Assembly (NCBI GenBank): GCA_018335585.1
Contig: JAGXRZ010000040.1
Coordinates: 23,906 to 87,905 of the forward strand
DNA: 64,000 nt
From: Selenomonadales bacterium
GTDB lineage: Bacteria > Bacillota > UBA994
Direction of reading: 5' to 3'
The notes below the pieces were generated by a model, which saw only the letters and a program-made list of their open reading frames with translations, was not told the origin of the DNA and searched no databases. Numbering within the stretch: the stretch's first letter is position 1; the number at the start of each line of letters is the position of its first letter. The position numbers and the translations under genes were made by a program. This document shows positions 61,230 to 64,000 of this stretch, in pieces.

Positions 61230-61530
61230 GCGCCAGCCGCCGGGAGAGATTGCACTTCGCACTTGGCACTTAGCACTTAGTGGAGGACGAGGGGTTGCTG
61301 GCTGCTGGCTCCTGGCTCCTGGTAGAGAAGGTGCCCAGTGCCCAGTGCCCAGTAGAGCGCGTCGCAGCGGTTTCGGTTTCCCTTTGACCTTTCCACCCTC
61401 CATGCTCACAACTCACAACTCACAACTCACAATTCACAACTCACAAGCGACAAGGGACAAGCGACAAGGGACAAGCGACAAGGGACAAGCGACAAGGGAC
61501 AAGCGACATGCGACAAGCGACAAGCCACCA
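61230..61530. repeat. Heptamer tandem-repeat locus E (~300 bp mosaic array)
   Basis: gccagccgcc, [GCACTTN]x4, [GCTGGCT/GCTCCTG]x4, [GTGCCCA]x3, ggtttcggtttcc, cctttccacc, [CACAACT]x5, then alternating [CAAGCGA/CAAGGGA]x11; spans from the fRMsr stop to 80 bp before nrdD. Confidence 0.9.
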
Positions 61531-61545
61531 AACAATTGCCCCTAA

Positions 61546-61592
61546 GCACAATATGTAGTATACTTGCTTACAACGATATCCCACTAATAGTG
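61546..61592. promoter_or_regulatory. Putative tandem NrdR boxes upstream of nrdD
   Basis: cacaatatgtagtata and ccactaatagtgca, near-palindromic, centres ~33 bp apart, ~25-70 bp upstream of the nrdD start. Confidence 0.45.
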
Positions 61593-61616
61593 CATAAGGC
61601 TTAGGAGGAACAGCAC

Positions 61617-63737
61617 GTGTTTGCAGAAATTAGAAAACGAGACAAGACCGTTGTGCAGTTTAAGCCCGAGAAAATCACCTTAGCTATCCTAAGCGCACTT
61701 GTCGCTAACTACCCGGAGCGCACCCGCGCGGAGCTGCGTAAGCTAGCCGAGGTCATTTCCGAGCGCGTTATCTTTACGCTTAGCAAGCGGCGGCTAGCCG
61801 AAAGTTGCCCTTCCGTGGAAGAGGTGCAAGATACGGTAGAAGAAGTGCTGATGGAAGTAGGCGAACGCCAAACTGCTCGCCGCTACATACGTTACCGCCT
61901 GCAGCACGAGGAGATTCGTCAGAACAAGAAGTCGTTCGTAGACGCGCAGCGCATCGTCTTAGACTACGTCACGCGCGAGGACTGGCGCGTCAACGAAAAT
62001 TCCAACATGGATTTCTCGCTGCAGGGGCTAAACAACCACGTTATCGCCGAGGTGACGAAAGGCTTCTGGCTGTACCAGCTATATCCTCCTGAGGTGCGCG
62101 AGGCGCATGTAGGGGGAGATTTTCACCTGCACGACCTTGGTCTCTTGGCCCCTTATTGCTGTGGTTGGAGCCTAGAGGACCTTCTGTTGCTTGGGTTTAG
62201 AGGTGTGCCGGGCAAAGTAGAAAGTGCGCCGCCGCGTCATTTCCGCACCGCACTCCTGCAACTAGTCAACTTCTTCTATACGCTGCAGGGCGAGGCTGCC
62301 GGGGCACAGGCCGTAAGTTCGTTTGACACGTATTTAGCTCCTTTTGTGCGCCACGACAACCTAACCTACAAGGAAGTGCGCCAAGCCATCCAGGAGTTTG
62401 TCTACAATCTAAACGTGCCGACGCGCGTAGGGTTCCAGACGCCGTTTGTTAACCTTACCATGGATCTCAATTGTCCCGCGACCTTAGCTTCTGTTCCGGT
62501 AATTATTGGTGGAGAACACGGTGAGTCTACCTATGGCGAGTACCAAGCCGAGATGAACATGATTAACCGCGCTTTCTGTGATGTCATGATGAAAGGCGAC
62601 GCCCGAGGCAGAATTTTTACCTTCCCAATACCGACCTACAACATCACCAAGGATTTTGACTGGGACAACCCCGTCGTTGACGCCGTAATGGAGATGACGG
62701 CACGCTACGGCATCCCTTATTTCGCCAACTTCGTCAACAGTGACATGTCGCCGGAAGATGCGCGCAGCATGTGCTGCCGCTTGCGCCTTGACAACCGCGA
62801 GCTGCGCAAGCGCGGCGGGGGCTTGTTTGGCGCTAATCCTCTCACCGGCTCTATCGGCGTAGTTACTATTAACATGGCGCGTATCGGCTATTTAGCCACT
62901 AACGAAGATGAGTTCTATACTCGTTTACGTCGCCTAATGGACCTAGCTAAGTCCTCGCTAGACATTAAGCGCAAAGTGCTTGAAAAGAACACAGACCTAG
63001 GGCTTTATCCCTATAGCCGATTTTATCTAAAGTCGGTCAAGGAGAGATTCGGCGAGTACTGGAAAAATCACTTCAACACTATTGGCATTAACGGCATGAA
63101 TGAAGCTGTAGCTAATCTGTTAGGCCTCGCAGAGAACATCGCTACCGCGCGCGGACAAGCCTTCTCTCTGCGCGTGCTCGAGTACATGCGAGATGTCTTA
63201 GCCGAATACCAAGAAGAAACAGGCGACCTCTTTAACTTAGAAGCCACTCCAGCGGAGGGGACAGGCTATCGCTTGGCCAAGCTTGACCGCGAAAATTACC
63301 CCGCCATGTATATTCCTGGCAACAGGGAGCCATACTACACCAATTCGACACACCTGCCGGTAAATTTAACCACTGATATCTTTGATGCGCTAGACCTGCA
63401 GGAGCAGCTACAGATTCGTTATACCGGGGGAACCGTGTTTCATGGCTTTTTGGGAGAAGCAATCGAGGACTTAGCCACGTGCAAACGCCTCGTGCAGAAA
63501 GTTATGGAGAACTACAGCATACCGTATTTCACGGTCTCGCCCACATTTTCGGTATGCCCAGACCACGGCTACATTCGAGGGGAACATCGCACCTGCCCAA
63601 GTTGCGGCGCACCTGCGGAAATCTGGACGCGCGTGGTTGGCTTCCATCGACCCGTGCAGAATTGGAACCCCGGTAAGAAAGAGGAGTTTGCCGACAGGTT
63701 AGAGTACATTGTCCGGCAGGAGGCCGCTAATGACTAG
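61617..63737 (+). CDS. nrdD: Anaerobic ribonucleoside-triphosphate reductase NrdD (class III)
   Basis: N-terminal ATP-cone, large glycyl-radical fold, C-terminal Zn ribbon (CPDHG...CPSCG) and glycyl-radical region; TAGGAGGA RBS before GTG. Confidence 0.9.
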   Translation: MFAEIRKRDKTVVQFKPEKITLAILSALVANYPERTRAELRKLAEVISERVIFTLSKRRLAESCPSVEEVQDTVEEVLMEVGERQTARRYIRYRLQHEEIRQNKKSFVDAQRIVLDYVTREDWRVNENSNMDFSLQGLNNHVIAEVTKGFWLYQLYPPEVREAHVGGDFHLHDLGLLAPYCCGWSLEDLLLLGFRGVPGKVESAPPRHFRTALLQLVNFFYTLQGEAAGAQAVSSFDTYLAPFVRHDNLTYKEVRQAIQEFVYNLNVPTRVGFQTPFVNLTMDLNCPATLASVPVIIGGEHGESTYGEYQAEMNMINRAFCDVMMKGDARGRIFTFPIPTYNITKDFDWDNPVVDAVMEMTARYGIPYFANFVNSDMSPEDARSMCCRLRLDNRELRKRGGGLFGANPLTGSIGVVTINMARIGYLATNEDEFYTRLRRLMDLAKSSLDIKRKVLEKNTDLGLYPYSRFYLKSVKERFGEYWKNHFNTIGINGMNEAVANLLGLAENIATARGQAFSLRVLEYMRDVLAEYQEETGDLFNLEATPAEGTGYRLAKLDRENYPAMYIPGNREPYYTNSTHLPVNLTTDIFDALDLQEQLQIRYTGGTVFHGFLGEAIEDLATCKRLVQKVMENYSIPYFTVSPTFSVCPDHGYIRGEHRTCPSCGAPAEIWTRVVGFHRPVQNWNPGKKEEFADRLEYIVRQEAAND

Positions 63738-64000
63738 CCAAGAGAAGTGCTTCCGCGGCCTGCAGAAGACTACGCTGCTAGATTTCCCGGGTAAAGTGGC
63801 CTGTGTGCTGTTTGTCGGCGGGTGTAGCTTTAACTGCCCCTACTGCTACAACTGCTCGCTGGTGAAACGCGAGGAACCGGAGCTCTCGTGGGACGCAGTC
63901 TGGGATTTTCTCGCACAGCGGCGCAAGGTCTTAGACGGAGTGTGTATCAGCGGCGGGGAGCCTACGCTGGCCCCCTTCCTTGCCGAATTTCTTGGCGAGG
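63730..64000 (+). CDS. nrdG: Anaerobic RNR activating protein NrdG (radical SAM), 3'-truncated by window edge
   Basis: DFPGKVACVLFVGGCSFNCPYCYN = CxxxCxxC radical-SAM cluster; overlaps the nrdD stop. Confidence 0.8.
   Translation, partial: MTSQEKCFRGLQKTTLLDFPGKVACVLFVGGCSFNCPYCYNCSLVKREEPELSWDAVWDFLAQRRKVLDGVCISGGEPTLAPFLAEFLGE

Overview
This 64-kb window is a high-GC (~60%) chromosomal segment from an anaerobic Firmicutes/Clostridia-like bacterium. It carries a SpoIVB-like peptidase remnant, a class III ribonucleotide reductase with NrdR boxes, Etf/Bcd genes and split PurL (purS/purQ/purL). No rRNA, tRNA or CRISPR array was seen.

The window is mostly core metabolism:
- groEL 3' end.
- A CoA supercluster: coaX, coaBC, a DUF2520/PanG-like reductase, panD, panB, panC.
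- guaA.
- A TRAP transporter in the order dctQ-dctM-dctP.
- A Fur-family regulator converging on tex.
- A complete 12-gene purine operon, purB-C-S-Q-L-F-M-N-H-D-E-K.
- dapF and rlmH.
- A stomatin/NfeD pair, a CheY-like receiver, and pcrA-ligA.
- A seven-gene Opp/Dpp peptide ABC operon, plsY, and a bcd-etfB-etfA-maoC operon.
- A COG2509 flavoprotein, a periplasmic-sensor HD-GYP protein, an ANT(2'')-like nucleotidyltransferase, an NlpC/P60 peptidase, fRMsr, and nrdD-nrdG.

Three things are not explained by that gene list.

(1) Six loci hold mosaic arrays of tandem heptanucleotide repeats. They lie at about 2.9, 12.1, 15.1-15.5, 23.2, 40.4 and 61.2-61.5 kb, each immediately 5' of a + strand housekeeping gene: coaBC, fur, purB, purN, ligA and nrdD. 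Units include GCCAGCC, GCACTTN, GTGAGTT, CAAGCGA, GTGCCCA, GCTCCTG and GGTGGAAA, and the arrays reuse the same 7-mer words in both orientations. One array plus a C9 tract is translated in-frame as an N-terminal extension of PurN. This resembles cyanobacterial STRR heptamer repeats but sits in a Firmicute-like genome.

(2) Two uncharacterised membrane proteins, 558 aa and 76 aa, are translationally coupled inside the opp operon between oppC and oppD.

(3) There are low-GC insertions. A class II Fic gene with its own consensus promoter is wedged between purK and dapF. A ~3.7-kb islet after rlmH is bracketed by a 21-26 bp direct repeat and carries an exported unknown protein, a BamHI/BglII-like type II R-M pair, an unknown ORF and a frameshifted SpoIVB-like peptidase.

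A promoter-plus-terminator-delimited ~150-nt structured leader precedes the pur operon. Coordinates of non-coding elements are hand-indexed and may be off by a few bases. The six-frame ORF track also lists many antisense ORFs; none looks real.
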